Under the pieces are notes generated by a model. It saw nothing but the letters and a program-made list of their open reading frames with translations, was not told the origin of the DNA and did no database searches. Positions 45,858 to 56,005 of a stretch of DNA of 64,000 nucleotides are shown piece by piece. The stretch's first letter is position 1, and every line of letters begins with the position of its first letter. The stretch is from Oscillospiraceae bacterium. GTDB lineage: Bacteria > Bacillota > Clostridia > Oscillospirales > Oscillospiraceae. Location: assembly GCA_017622995.1 (NCBI GenBank), contig JAGAQA010000024.1, positions 6,272-70,271 of the forward strand, read 5' to 3'. The translations under genes and the position numbers were made by a program.

Positions 45858-47816
45858 ATGTGTAATGCCTGCAAGGGAAAATTCTACATTACCACGCCCA
45901 TCTACTATCCGTCTGCCAAACTCCACATCGGCCACTCTTACTGCACCGTGGCCACCGACGCCATGGCCCGCTTCAAGCGGCTCCAGGGCTACGATGTGAT
46001 GTTCCTCACCGGCACCGATGAGCATGGCCAGAAGATTGAGGACAAGGCCAAAGAGGCGGGCGTCACCCCCCAGCAGTTTGTGGACAACATTGTGGAGGGC
46101 CCCGGCGGCGTGCTGGATTTGTGGAAGCTGATGAACATCTCCTACGACCGGTTCATCCGTACCACGGATGACTACCATGTGGAGGCCATTCAGAAGATCT
46201 TCAAGAAGATGTACGACAATGGCGACATCTACAAGGGCACCTACAAGGGCAAATACTGCAAGCCCTGTGAAAGCTTCTGGACCGACAGCCAGCTGGTAGA
46301 GGGCAAGTGCCCGGACTGCGGCGGCGAGGTGCAGGACGCGGAGGAGGAGGCCTACTTCTTCCGGCTCAGCAAGTACGCCGATCGGGTTCAGGATCTGCTG
46401 GAGAATACCGATTTCCTGGAGCCCCGGAGCCGGGTCAACGAAATGGTCAACAACTTCATCAAGCCCGGCCTGGAGGATCTGTGCGTCTCCCGTACCAGCT
46501 TTACCTGGGGCGTACCTGTGGACTTTGACCCGGGCCATGTGGTGTATGTGTGGATCGATGCCCTCTTTAACTACATGACCGCTCTGGGCTTTGAGAATGA
46601 CCGCTACCAGGATCTGGAAAAGTTCTGGCCCGCCGATGTGCACTTCGTGGGCAAGGAAATTGTAAGGTTCCACTCCATCATCTGGCCCGCCATGCTCATG
46701 AGCCTGAACCTGCCCCTGCCCAAGAAGGTCTTCGGCCACGGCTGGCTGCTGCTGGACGGCGGCAAGATGAGCAAATCCAAGGGCAATGTGGTGGACCCCT
46801 ATATTCTGGCCCAGCGCTTCGGCGTGGATGCCCTGCGGTTCTTCCTGCTGCGGACCTTCCCCTTCGGTTCCGACGGCAATTTCTCCAATGAGTCCCTGAT
46901 TTCCACCATCAATGTGGATCTGGCAAACGACCTGGGCAACCTGGTTTCCCGTACCGTGGCCATGGCCCAGAAGTATTTTGGAGAGAGACTCCCCGCCGAC
47001 CAGGCGGAAGACAGCGAGAAGGATGCCGAGCTCCTGGCTATGGCTGCTTCTCTCCGGGATAAGTACGAGGAGGCCATGGAGAAGTACGCCTTCCAGAATG
47101 CCCTTTCCGAGGTATTCAAGGTGATCTCCCGGGCCAACAAGTATATCGATGAGAACGCGCCCTGGGTCCTGGCCAAGGATGAAGCAATGAAGCCCAGACT
47201 GGCCAGAGTCCTCTATAACCTCTTGGAGACCGTCCGCATCTGCGCAGGGCTCCTGCAGCCCTTTATGCCCGATACCTGCGCCGAGATCGGCAGGCGGCTG
47301 GGCGGCGCGGACCTCAGCTGGGATACCCTGAATGTATTCGGTTCCCTGGACCGCCAGGTCGCCACTGTGGCAGGCCCCGCTCTGTTCCCCCGCATCGACA
47401 TGGAGAAGGAACTGGCGGAGCTGGAAGCCCTGAACAAGCCCGCCGTGCCGCCTCTGGAAATCGAGCCCTACACGGAAGAAAGCGTGGACTTTGATACCTT
47501 CTGTAAGAATGAGCTCCGGGCGGTGAAGGTCAAGGCCTGTGAAGCCGTCAAGAAGAGCGACAAGCTTCTTCAGTTCACCCTGGATGACGGTACCGGCACC
47601 GACCGGCAGATCCTCTCCGGCATTGCGAAGTTCTACAAGCCCGAGGAGCTGGTTGGCAAGACCCTGGTGGCCATCACCAATCTGCCCCCCAGAAAGATGA
47701 TGGGAAGGCTCAGCTCCGGCATGCTCCTGAGTGCGGTGCACAAGGAAAACGGAGAAGAAAAGCTGAACCTGGTGATGCTCTCCGACAGCATCCCCGCCGG
47801 CGCAAAGCTGTGCTGA
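45858..47816 (+). CDS. metG: Methionyl-tRNA synthetase with C-terminal tRNA-binding domain
   Basis: FYITTPIYYPS..LHIGH (HIGH), GTDEHGQK, KMSKSKGN, C-terminal OB domain SDKLLQFTLDDG. Confidence 0.97.
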   Translation: MCNACKGKFYITTPIYYPSAKLHIGHSYCTVATDAMARFKRLQGYDVMFLTGTDEHGQKIEDKAKEAGVTPQQFVDNIVEGPGGVLDLWKLMNISYDRFIRTTDDYHVEAIQKIFKKMYDNGDIYKGTYKGKYCKPCESFWTDSQLVEGKCPDCGGEVQDAEEEAYFFRLSKYADRVQDLLENTDFLEPRSRVNEMVNNFIKPGLEDLCVSRTSFTWGVPVDFDPGHVVYVWIDALFNYMTALGFENDRYQDLEKFWPADVHFVGKEIVRFHSIIWPAMLMSLNLPLPKKVFGHGWLLLDGGKMSKSKGNVVDPYILAQRFGVDALRFFLLRTFPFGSDGNFSNESLISTINVDLANDLGNLVSRTVAMAQKYFGERLPADQAEDSEKDAELLAMAASLRDKYEEAMEKYAFQNALSEVFKVISRANKYIDENAPWVLAKDEAMKPRLARVLYNLLETVRICAGLLQPFMPDTCAEIGRRLGGADLSWDTLNVFGSLDRQVATVAGPALFPRIDMEKELAELEALNKPAVPPLEIEPYTEESVDFDTFCKNELRAVKVKACEAVKKSDKLLQFTLDDGTGTDRQILSGIAKFYKPEELVGKTLVAITNLPPRKMMGRLSSGMLLSAVHKENGEEKLNLVMLSDSIPAGAKLC

Positions 47817-47843
47817 TGCCCTGAAAATATCCTGACGCGAAAA

Positions 47844-47868
47844 CCCTCCTGCCCAAAAAGCAGGAGGG
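47844..47868. terminator. Bidirectional terminator
   Basis: ccctcctgc-ccaaaaa-gcaggaggg between convergent genes. Confidence 0.7.
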
Positions 47869-47875
47869 TAAATCA

Positions 47876-49774
47876 TTATTCCAATTCAAAGGCACCGGTG
47901 TAGAGCTGATAGTAGGTGCCCTTCTGGGCAATCAGATCATCGTGGGTGCCCCGCTCAATGATGCGGCCCTGGTCCAGCACCATGATGCAGTCGGAGTTGC
48001 GTACGGTGGACAGCCGGTGGGCGATGACGAACACCGTCCGGCCCTTCATCAGCGCGTCCATACCTGCCTGCACCAGGGATTCCGTGTGGGTATCGATGGA
48101 GGAGGTGGCCTCGTCCAGGATCATCACCGGGGGGTCGGCTACCGCGGCACGGGCAATGGCGATGAGCTGCCGCTGGCCCTGGGAAAGGCTGCTTCCGTTG
48201 GCGGTGAGCTGTGTGTTGTAGCCCTCGGGCAGACGGGTGATGAAGTCATCGGCGTTGGCCAGCTTGGCCGCGTGGATGCATTCTTCATCGGTGGCGTCCA
48301 GCTTGCCGTAGCGGATGTTGTCCATGACGGTGCCGGTGAACAGGTTGGTTTCCTGGAGCACCACGCCCAGAGAGCGGCGCAGATCAGGCTTGCAAATCTT
48401 GTTCACGTTGATTCCGTCGTAGCGGATCTTGCCGTCGGCAATGTCATAGAACCGGTTGATGAGGTTGGTGATGGTGGTCTTACCGGCGCCGGTTGCGCCC
48501 ACAAAGGCGATTTTCTGGCCGGGGTGGGCATACAGCGTCACATCGTGGAGCACGGTCTTTTCCGGCACATAGCCAAAGTCCACATGCTCCATGGTGATGT
48601 CGCCCTTGAGCTCGGTGTAGGTGACGGTGCCGTCGGCCTGATGGGGATGCCGCCAGGCCCAGTGGCCGGTGTGCTCGGGGCACTCATGGATGGTGCCGTC
48701 CGGATCCACTCTGGCATTGACTAGGGTGACATAACCCTGGTCCTGCTCGGGCTCCTCATCCATGAGGGCAAAGATCCGCTCGGCACCGGCCAGGGCCATG
48801 ACGATGGAGTTGATCTGGTTGGAGATCTGGGAAATGGGCATATTGAAGCTGCGGCTGAGCACCATGAAGGCCATCAGGCTGCCCAGAGTCAAAAATTGCC
48901 CGTTGGACTTGATGCACAGCAGACCGCCGAAAATGGCCAGCACACCGTACTGCACATAGCCCAGGTTGTTGTTGATGGGGCCCAGCATATTGGAGAATTT
49001 GCCGGCGTTGAAGGCATTGACCCGGAGGGCTTCATTGAGCTTGTCAAAGTCCTCTTTGCAGGCCTCCTCGTGGTTGAAGATCTTGATCACCTTCTGACCG
49101 GAAATCATCTCCTCGATATAGCCGTTGACGGCGCCCAGCGCCCGCTGCTGACCGATAAAGAAACCGGCGGATTTGGTGGCGAGAATCTTGGTGACATAGA
49201 TGATGACCGCCACGGTAAAGGCCATGACGATGGTCAGGACCCAGGAGGTGTCGATGAGGTTCCACAGCACCACCACCAGGGTCACCAGAGAGGAGACGCA
49301 CTGGGGAATGCTCTGGGAGATCACCTGACGCAGGGTATCAATATCGCTGGTGTAGCGGGACATGATGTCGCCGGCGGCGTGGCTGTCGAAATACCGCAGG
49401 GGAAGCTTCTGCATTTTGGCGAAAAGCTCATCCCGGATGGTTTTCTGAACACCCTGGGTAACGCCTACCATCAGGTAGTTAAAGAGGAACGAGCCCAGAA
49501 TGCCAAGGCAGAGAATGCAGGCAACCTTTCCAAGATACCGGAGCAATGGCGTAAAATCGGTGGAACCGCTGGCCACCATGGGCAGGATATAGTCGTCCAC
49601 CAGGGGACCCAGCGCCCGGCTGCCCTGGGCCTGGGCAACGGAGGTGAGGATGATGCACACCATGACAATCACCAGGGTGGGGGTGTACTGCTTCATATAG
49701 CTCAGCAGCCGCAGCAGGGTTTTTTGGGGGTTCTTGGCTTTGCGGCCGTCACCGCGCATTTTTACGGGAGGCAT
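47876..49774 (-). CDS. Multidrug-type ABC exporter subunit (TM plus ATPase)
   Basis: GATGAGKTT, LSQGQRQL, MILDEATSSID, IAHRLSTV. Confidence 0.93.
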   Translation of the reverse strand: MPPVKMRGDGRKAKNPQKTLLRLLSYMKQYTPTLVIVMVCIILTSVAQAQGSRALGPLVDDYILPMVASGSTDFTPLLRYLGKVACILCLGILGSFLFNYLMVGVTQGVQKTIRDELFAKMQKLPLRYFDSHAAGDIMSRYTSDIDTLRQVISQSIPQCVSSLVTLVVVLWNLIDTSWVLTIVMAFTVAVIIYVTKILATKSAGFFIGQQRALGAVNGYIEEMISGQKVIKIFNHEEACKEDFDKLNEALRVNAFNAGKFSNMLGPINNNLGYVQYGVLAIFGGLLCIKSNGQFLTLGSLMAFMVLSRSFNMPISQISNQINSIVMALAGAERIFALMDEEPEQDQGYVTLVNARVDPDGTIHECPEHTGHWAWRHPHQADGTVTYTELKGDITMEHVDFGYVPEKTVLHDVTLYAHPGQKIAFVGATGAGKTTITNLINRFYDIADGKIRYDGINVNKICKPDLRRSLGVVLQETNLFTGTVMDNIRYGKLDATDEECIHAAKLANADDFITRLPEGYNTQLTANGSSLSQGQRQLIAIARAAVADPPVMILDEATSSIDTHTESLVQAGMDALMKGRTVFVIAHRLSTVRNSDCIMVLDQGRIIERGTHDDLIAQKGTYYQLYTGAFELE

Positions 49775-51519
49775 CAGCGTTCACTTCCTTTCTGCTGAGA
49801 TTCATAGATGCCCCGATAGAAATCCGATTCCCTCATCAGGGTTTCGTGGTCGCCCACACAGGCAACCTTGCCGTTTTCCATGACCAGAATGATGTCCGCA
49901 TCCTGGATGGAGGAGATCCGCTGGGCAATGATCAGCTTGGTGGTGCCGGGGATCTCCTCCCGGAAGGCCTTGCGGATCAGGGAATCCGTGTGGGTATCCA
50001 CAGCGGAGGTGGAGTCGTCCAGAATCAGGATTTTGGGCTTTTTCAGCAGCGCCCGGGCAATGCACAGCCGCTGCTTCTGACCGCCGGACACGTTGGAGCC
50101 GCCCTGCTCGATGTGGGTATCGTAGCCTCCGGGGAAGGAGCGGATGAAGTCATCGGCGCAGGCAAGCCTGCAGGCGTGAACCAGCTCTTCATCGGTGGCA
50201 TTGGGATTTCCCCAGCGCAGGTTTTCCTTGATGGTGCCGGAGAACAGGGTGTTCTTTTGCAGCACCATGGCAACATTGTCCCGGAGCACTTCCAGATCAT
50301 AGTCCTTTACATCCACACCGCCTACCTTCACGGTGCCCTCGGTGGCATCGTACAGCCGGGGAATCAGCTGCACCAGGGTGGTTTTGGAGGAGCCGGTGGA
50401 ACCCAGAATGCCCACGGTGGCGCCGGAGGGGATATGCAGATCCACCTCTTTCAGCGCCCGGTGCTTTGCCTTGGCGGAGTACCGGAACGAAACGTTTTCA
50501 AAGTCGATGGAGCCGTCCTTTACTTCCCTTACGGGGTTTTCCGGGGAGACGAGGCTGGGCTCCTCCACCAGCAGCTCATAGCACCGGCGCATGGGGGCCC
50601 GGGCCATGATCATCATGACAAAGACCATGGACAGCATCATCAGCGCCATGAAGATCTGGGTGGTGTAGGTGAACATGGAGCTGAGCTCGCCGGTGGTCAG
50701 GCCCAGAGCCCCATTGTTGCCGGAGGCAACCACCAGATGAGCGCCGATCCAGGAGATGGCCAGAGTGCAGCCGTAGACACAGAACTGCATGGCCGGGTTG
50801 CTGAGGGCCAGAATGTGTTCGGCCTTGCAGAAATCCCTGTAAATGGCCTGAGAGACACCGGCGAATTTATCGACCTCCTTGTCCTCCCGTACGAAGCTCT
50901 TGACCACCCGGACGCCGTGGACATTCTCCTGGACCACGTTGTTCAGCCGGTCGTAGGTCTGGAACACCCGGTCAAAAATCCGGAAGACAAAGGGGACGAT
51001 GCACACAAGCGTCGCTGCCAGCAAAGGGATGGCCACCAGGTAAACGGTGGTCAGCCTGGGGCTGATGCGCAGGGAGGAGATCATGGCCAGAATCAGCATC
51101 ATGGGGCAGCGGATGGCAAGCCGGATGCTCATCTGAAAGGCCATTTGCAGGTTCGCCACATCGGAGGTCAGCCGGGTCACGATGGAGGCGGAGGAGAACT
51201 TGTCAATGTTGGCAAAGCTGAAATCCTGCACCCGGTAGTACATATCGTGGCGCAGATTCCGGGCAAAGCCGGTGGCGGCTTTGGACGCGTAGGTAGCGGA
51301 CAGAACGCCGAAGATCAGGGAAACAACGGCGCACAGCACCAGCACCATTGCCTTTTGCACCACTATCGTCATATTTCCGGCGGCAATGCCCTGATCGTAA
51401 AGCTGGGCCATGACCAGGGGAATGGTCACTTCCATGGCCACCTCGCCGATCATCGCCAGTGGACTCACCAGGGCGGTCCACTTGTATTCCCGGAGACACC
51501 GGGCAAGTCGTCTGATCAT
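49774..51519 (-). CDS. Multidrug-type ABC exporter subunit (degenerate site; heterodimer partner)
   Basis: GSTGSSKTT, VSGGQKQR, ILDDSTSAVD, IAQRISS. Confidence 0.93.
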   Translation of the reverse strand: MIRRLARCLREYKWTALVSPLAMIGEVAMEVTIPLVMAQLYDQGIAAGNMTIVVQKAMVLVLCAVVSLIFGVLSATYASKAATGFARNLRHDMYYRVQDFSFANIDKFSSASIVTRLTSDVANLQMAFQMSIRLAIRCPMMLILAMISSLRISPRLTTVYLVAIPLLAATLVCIVPFVFRIFDRVFQTYDRLNNVVQENVHGVRVVKSFVREDKEVDKFAGVSQAIYRDFCKAEHILALSNPAMQFCVYGCTLAISWIGAHLVVASGNNGALGLTTGELSSMFTYTTQIFMALMMLSMVFVMMIMARAPMRRCYELLVEEPSLVSPENPVREVKDGSIDFENVSFRYSAKAKHRALKEVDLHIPSGATVGILGSTGSSKTTLVQLIPRLYDATEGTVKVGGVDVKDYDLEVLRDNVAMVLQKNTLFSGTIKENLRWGNPNATDEELVHACRLACADDFIRSFPGGYDTHIEQGGSNVSGGQKQRLCIARALLKKPKILILDDSTSAVDTHTDSLIRKAFREEIPGTTKLIIAQRISSIQDADIILVMENGKVACVGDHETLMRESDFYRGIYESQQKGSER

Positions 51520-51965
51520 TTGGAAAATTCCTCCTTTGGAATGGTAAAGTCCGGGGATACATTGCGCATGGCCCGGGTCAGGTATACCCGGAACTGCTCC
51601 TGCTCCGCTTGGGTAAAGCCCCGCAAAAGTGTCGCGTCTCCCTGCCGGATCACCTCCGACATGGTTTCAATGCATTGCAGTCCCTTGGGAAGCAGATACA
51701 CAAGCTTTCTGCGCCGGTCCCCGGGATCCGGCTCCAGACGAACAAAGCCCTTCTTTTCCATTCGGGACAACAGCCCGGATACCGTGGGGTGCGTCAGCTG
51801 AAACGCGTCTTCAATGTCTCTGACACAGGGCGTTTGGGTGCACTGGGCAAGGTAGCCCAGGATGTGGCCCTGAGAGAAGGTCAGCTCCATGCCGGACAGG
51901 GCCTGGTTCATGCGCTGACCCAGGGCACAGCTGATGGCCCGGAACATATGGCCGTAGTTGGTCAA
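51516..51965 (-). CDS. MarR-family transcriptional regulator
   Basis: LTFSQGHIL, LTHPTVSGLLSRMEKKGFV, DPGDRRRKLVYL; TTG start after AGGAGG. Confidence 0.88.
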   Translation of the reverse strand: MTNYGHMFRAISCALGQRMNQALSGMELTFSQGHILGYLAQCTQTPCVRDIEDAFQLTHPTVSGLLSRMEKKGFVRLEPDPGDRRRKLVYLLPKGLQCIETMSEVIRQGDATLLRGFTQAEQEQFRVYLTRAMRNVSPDFTIPKEEFSK

Positions 51966-51986
51966 AATATCCCTCCTTTCCATTAA

Positions 51987-52031
51987 GTAGCAAGCTACGC
52001 AATATTCTAGCACGATTTTCCAAAAATGCAA
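51987..52031 (-). promoter_or_regulatory. MarR operon promoter with palindromic operator
   Basis: TTGCAT-16-TAGAAT followed by GTAGC-TT-GCTAC near +1. Confidence 0.5.
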
Positions 52032-52114
52032 GGGCTTTTGATAATTTAACAAATCATTCAAAAATCTGTGATTATCACGGAAGAATGCCGGTTTTCTTAT
52101 TCAGTTTCTAAACA

Positions 52115-52150
52115 AAATACCCGCTCTGCAAGAAAACAGAGCGGGTATTT
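52115..52150 (-). terminator. Hairpin terminator after the GtrA gene
   Basis: aaatacccgctctg...cagagcgggtattt. Confidence 0.75.
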
Positions 52151-52190
52151 GCATAAGAGTGTGATTATAAGATACGAGAAAACAATAAGA

Positions 52191-52598
52191 TTATTCCTTC
52201 GCTTTCCCGGCGGTATCAATGGAAGCACCAAAGACAAAGAACCGCTGATACAGAAATTCTGTGGTGAAATTCAGTACCATATTGATGGCCGTTACCAGGT
52301 ATTCGTTCCACAGCAGGCCGGATGCCAGGAAATTGCCCAGCAGGGTGGAAAGGGGGGTAAAGACCCCGTAGTAGGCCGCAACCTTTGCCATGGCCACGGG
52401 CACGTTGGCCGCGGATTGGAAGGTGAACTTCCGGTTCAGGGTGAAATTCCACAGCACGCTCAGAACAAGGGCGATCAGGTAGCAGGGCCAGTAGGGAAGG
52501 GCCGTAAACTCATTGAGCAGGGCAAAGGATGCCAATTCAATCAGCCCGGCACTGATGGAAAAAAAGGTGAATTTGAGAACCCGGATCCATTCTTTCAT
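52191..52598 (-). CDS. GtrA-family membrane protein
   Basis: LKFTFFSISAGLIE, SVLWNFTLNRKFTFQS, NFTTEFLYQRFFVF. Confidence 0.85.
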   Translation of the reverse strand: MKEWIRVLKFTFFSISAGLIELASFALLNEFTALPYWPCYLIALVLSVLWNFTLNRKFTFQSAANVPVAMAKVAAYYGVFTPLSTLLGNFLASGLLWNEYLVTAINMVLNFTTEFLYQRFFVFGASIDTAGKAKE

Positions 52599-52656
52599 GG
52601 AAAACCTCCTCCACAAAAAGCTGCCCCGGCAAGCCGGGGCAGATCGGAACATTTGC

Positions 52657-53442
52657 TTACTTCACGGTAACGGAGGTCACATGGGGCTGCATACCGTTGT
52701 ACCAGTACAGGAAGCCTTCCACATCGATCTTGTCGCCAACCTTCAGACCGGTGACGGTGTTGTACACATCGGTGCCTTCGCCGCAGAGGTAGCTCTCGAC
52801 AGTGAAGGTGTAGGTGCCGGTGCCGTCGGATACCTTGAAGTACAGGTCGCAGTTGTCGCCGGCCTGGCCGGAGCCGTCCCAGTTGTACAGGAAGGAAGCG
52901 CCCTTGTCGTCAGCGGCAACCACCTCCAGGTCACGGACGGCGATCTTCTGGTTCTGGGAGTCGATCAGGTTCTTGGCAGCCAGGGTGCCGGTGATGTCCA
53001 GGGCGGGAGCCACATAGGTGCCCTCCAGGATCTCAAAGGTGGCGTCCATGATTTCCACTTCGCCTTCCCATTCGGCCTTGAAGCCGTTGACACGGATATG
53101 GGTGCCTTCCGTCAGCAGAGCGGCCTGCTCCTCAGAGCACTCCATGTTGTACAGGAAGTAGGCGCCGTCCTTGCTCTGGGCGTAGACGGTGATCTTGTTG
53201 TCCCACCAGGACTGGTGGGCCTGGACATAGGTCTCAATGCACACGGGGGTATCCACATCGGCAGCGATATACTCTTCGTAGGTCATGCAGTCTGCTTCGG
53301 GAGCCTCCGTTGCGGGGGCAGTGGTAGCGGGAGCCTCGGTAGGGGCCTCGGTGGTGGCAGCGGGAGCTTCAGCCTTATTTCCGCAGCCTGCAAAAGCGGC
53401 CAGCATGGCGATTGCCAGCAGCAGGGCAATGATCTTTTTCAT
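52657..53442 (-). CDS. Lipoprotein with a Pro/Ala/Thr/Glu linker and two putative OB-fold domains
   Basis: Lipobox LAAFAGC; repeated strands GTHIRVNG / VGDKIDVEGFLYWY; own TTGATT-17-TATAAT promoter at ~53510-53537. Confidence 0.65.
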   Translation of the reverse strand: MKKIIALLLAIAMLAAFAGCGNKAEAPAATTEAPTEAPATTAPATEAPEADCMTYEEYIAADVDTPVCIETYVQAHQSWWDNKITVYAQSKDGAYFLYNMECSEEQAALLTEGTHIRVNGFKAEWEGEVEIMDATFEILEGTYVAPALDITGTLAAKNLIDSQNQKIAVRDLEVVAADDKGASFLYNWDGSGQAGDNCDLYFKVSDGTGTYTFTVESYLCGEGTDVYNTVTGLKVGDKIDVEGFLYWYNGMQPHVTSVTVK

Positions 53443-53534
53443 TTTGAATCTCCTTAAGATTTGGAAAGCGGCAGGGCTTTCTTTTGATTTGTGCGTTCCG
53501 CACGGTTTCATTATATCGGGTGTTCCCGGAAAAA

Positions 53535-55136
53535 TCAATGACTTCTCCTGTTTTTTCCTGGGGATTTCCATTTGTCCCGCAGAAAAGCCCCAAGGATGCA
53601 CAGCCAGGCAAGGCCCAGCCCCCCGAGGAGCAGCCTGGCCTCCCCGGGCAGGGGGCCAAGGGAACCGGCGCCGGGGGTTACGGAAATGGAATCCAGCCGG
53701 TACAGGGCGGATGTCTTGCGGTAGATCTCTTCCAGCCCGGCGTCGGAGGTATCCTGCTTCCGGCGGACGGCCTTGGCGGTATCCTCGATCAGCTGGCCCG
53801 CCGCCAGACGAAGGGAGGCAGAGCCGTTGAATACAGGGGTGACAAAGGTGTGCTCCATATGGTCAAGAAGCAGCTGGGATGCCTGGATTTTAATGGGGTA
53901 GTGGGTATCCATATCCTCACCGCCCCGGCTTAAATAGTCCCGGTATCGGTGGCTTTCCTGGGCATCCACCGTCACGGGAACATAGCCTTCCGTTTCCGCA
54001 TAGCCGATCTGCACATCGTCGGTCAGCAGAAACTGGGCAAAAAGCCAGGAGGCCAGCACTTCCTGAGGGTCTTCTTTCTGGAAGAGGCATACGGATGGGC
54101 CCTGGGAGATCATTTGGGGATGCTCGGGGTCATACTGGGGAATGGGCTTTACCAGGGTTTCAAACTCCACCAGAGCATCCTCACTGATGTCCAGCAGGGG
54201 GGCGTGGCTGCCTACCCATGTGGCGCCGGCGGTGGAATCAATGGCGAAGATACACTGGCCCGCGTTGAAGAAGTTGGCGGGGTAGCCGGAGATCTTAAAG
54301 GTGGAGAAAGCGCCGGACGCAACATGCCGGGCGACTTCTGTCAGAATGGTTTTGGTCTGTTCGTTCCAGAGCTCCACGGTTCCGTCGGCTCTGGAATAGC
54401 CTGCGTCCAATTGCCGCAGCATCTGAATCATCATATTGTCCGTGGATTTGTAGATAAAGGGGATCAGAACCTTCTGACCGTTCACCTTGTAGGTGCCGTC
54501 GGCATTCTTTTCCATGGCTTTTTCGCTGACCTGCCAGATAAAATCCCAGGTAAGGGTTTCCGGCAGGGTGAAGCCCAGCCTTTCCACATAGTTTTTATTT
54601 ACATAACATGCTTCCGTGGAGCGCATATAGGGAAGGGCGACCGTTACGCCGTTGATGGCGCACTCCGAAAGGAATTTGGGAGCGATTTCCCCGGGGCCCC
54701 GGTAGCGCAGCTGGGAGCCGCCCAGACCAAACCGGGGATCCTCCAGAAAGCCGTCCAGAGGCACGACGGTATCTTCGCCCGTCAGGTAGGTGGCAATGTG
54801 GTCCGGGTAGGTGATGCACACATTGGGGGTGGTATTTGTGGCGATGTTGGTGATCACATCGTTGTAAATTCTCGTGTAGTCCGTATACAGCCGCATATTC
54901 ACGGTGATGTTCGGATACAGCTTTTCAAAATCCCGGATGGCCTGTTCATAAACGGCGGTCTGCCGCTTGTTGGTGTCGTTTTTGGCCCAGAAGGTGATGG
55001 TATGCTGCTTTGTGGTGTCGAAGGTTTCCGGCACCGGGTAGTCAAGCTGAGAAGAACCGGCGTTTTCCGCCAGGGTTCCGTGGCAGCCGGTGAGCAGGAG
55101 CAGCGCCGCAAGCAGGAGGGCGATGGTTTTCTTCAT
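53535..55136 (-). CDS. Extracellular solute-binding lipoprotein (carbohydrate/G3P family) with a C-terminal TM helix
   Basis: Lipobox LLLTGC; LPYMRSTE..YVNK and SQGPSV motifs; hydrophobic C-terminal LLLGGLGLAWLCILGAFL. Confidence 0.8.
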   Translation of the reverse strand: MKKTIALLLAALLLLTGCHGTLAENAGSSQLDYPVPETFDTTKQHTITFWAKNDTNKRQTAVYEQAIRDFEKLYPNITVNMRLYTDYTRIYNDVITNIATNTTPNVCITYPDHIATYLTGEDTVVPLDGFLEDPRFGLGGSQLRYRGPGEIAPKFLSECAINGVTVALPYMRSTEACYVNKNYVERLGFTLPETLTWDFIWQVSEKAMEKNADGTYKVNGQKVLIPFIYKSTDNMMIQMLRQLDAGYSRADGTVELWNEQTKTILTEVARHVASGAFSTFKISGYPANFFNAGQCIFAIDSTAGATWVGSHAPLLDISEDALVEFETLVKPIPQYDPEHPQMISQGPSVCLFQKEDPQEVLASWLFAQFLLTDDVQIGYAETEGYVPVTVDAQESHRYRDYLSRGGEDMDTHYPIKIQASQLLLDHMEHTFVTPVFNGSASLRLAAGQLIEDTAKAVRRKQDTSDAGLEEIYRKTSALYRLDSISVTPGAGSLGPLPGEARLLLGGLGLAWLCILGAFLRDKWKSPGKNRRSH

Positions 55137-55996
55137 CCCTTGGTACCTCCCCTGGCCACACCGGCCATGATCTTTTTCCGGAAGAGCAGAAACAGGGCGA
55201 TCAGCGGCAGGGAAATGACCACCACCGCCGCCATCATGGCGGGAATGTTCTCCCGGCCGAAGCCGTTTTCCCGGATCTCCTGAATGCCCACGGAAACCAG
55301 AAAATAGTTCTGGTCATCGGTGATGAGCCGGGGCCAGACGAAGCTGTTCCAGCACTCAATCACCTTCAAAATGGTGATGGTCACGATGGTGGGCTGGCAG
55401 ATGGGGATCATCACCTTCCACAGGTATTTGAAATCGGAGGTGCCGTCCACCTTGGCCGCGTAGTACAGCTCGTCGGGAATCTGGGAAAAGTTCTCCTTCA
55501 GAAGGTAGATATAAAAAACCGAGGTCACCGAGGGGAGAATCAGGCCCAGGAAGCTGTTCCGGAGATTCAGATCTGTCACGGTGACAAAGTTGGTGATGAC
55601 CACCAGCTCGGTGGGGATCATCATCAGGGACAGAAAGGCGGTGAAGATCAGATCCCGCCCCCGGAACCGGAGCCGGGAAAAGGCAAAGGCCGCCAGCACC
55701 GTCACAAAGAGCATCAGGGCGGTGGTGATCACCGTAAACACCAGGGTATTCAGAAAATACCGGCCCAGGGGCACCTGGGAAAAGGCGCTGCCGTAGTTTT
55801 CCAGGGTGGGGCTCAGGGTAAAGAGCCTGGGGATGAACTCGCTGTTGTAGCTGCCGTAGCTTTTTACGGAGGTCAGCAGCATCCAGTAGAAGGGAAACAG
55901 CACAATGACTGCCCAGCTGCACAGTACCAGCCCCAGCAGAATATCGCGCAGACACTTACGCCGCCGGGCGTTTTTCTCGATTTGTTCGTAATCCAT
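55133..55996 (-). CDS. Carbohydrate ABC permease (MalG/UgpE type)
   Basis: FPFYWMLLTS, YFLNT, IPDELYYAAKVDG, WNSFVWP. Confidence 0.92.
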   Translation of the reverse strand: MDYEQIEKNARRRKCLRDILLGLVLCSWAVIVLFPFYWMLLTSVKSYGSYNSEFIPRLFTLSPTLENYGSAFSQVPLGRYFLNTLVFTVITTALMLFVTVLAAFAFSRLRFRGRDLIFTAFLSLMMIPTELVVITNFVTVTDLNLRNSFLGLILPSVTSVFYIYLLKENFSQIPDELYYAAKVDGTSDFKYLWKVMIPICQPTIVTITILKVIECWNSFVWPRLITDDQNYFLVSVGIQEIRENGFGRENIPAMMAAVVVISLPLIALFLLFRKKIMAGVARGGTKG

Positions 55997-56005
55997 GGCG
56001 GCACC

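Noticed and set aside
45847-45860. aggaaacagctatg identical to the lacZ/pUC ribosome-binding region
   Set aside because: Only 14 nt, no flanking vector sequence, and seamlessly joined to the T-box terminator and metG; chance match
45798-47876. Long antisense ORFs opposite metG, prfC, eutE, DUF6020, ruvB and the ABC genes (e.g. 8343-10271, 41315-43282, 49846-51801, 29829-31520)
   Set aside because: Expected stop-poor shadow frames in ~60% GC DNA; the opposite strand carries clearly conserved proteins
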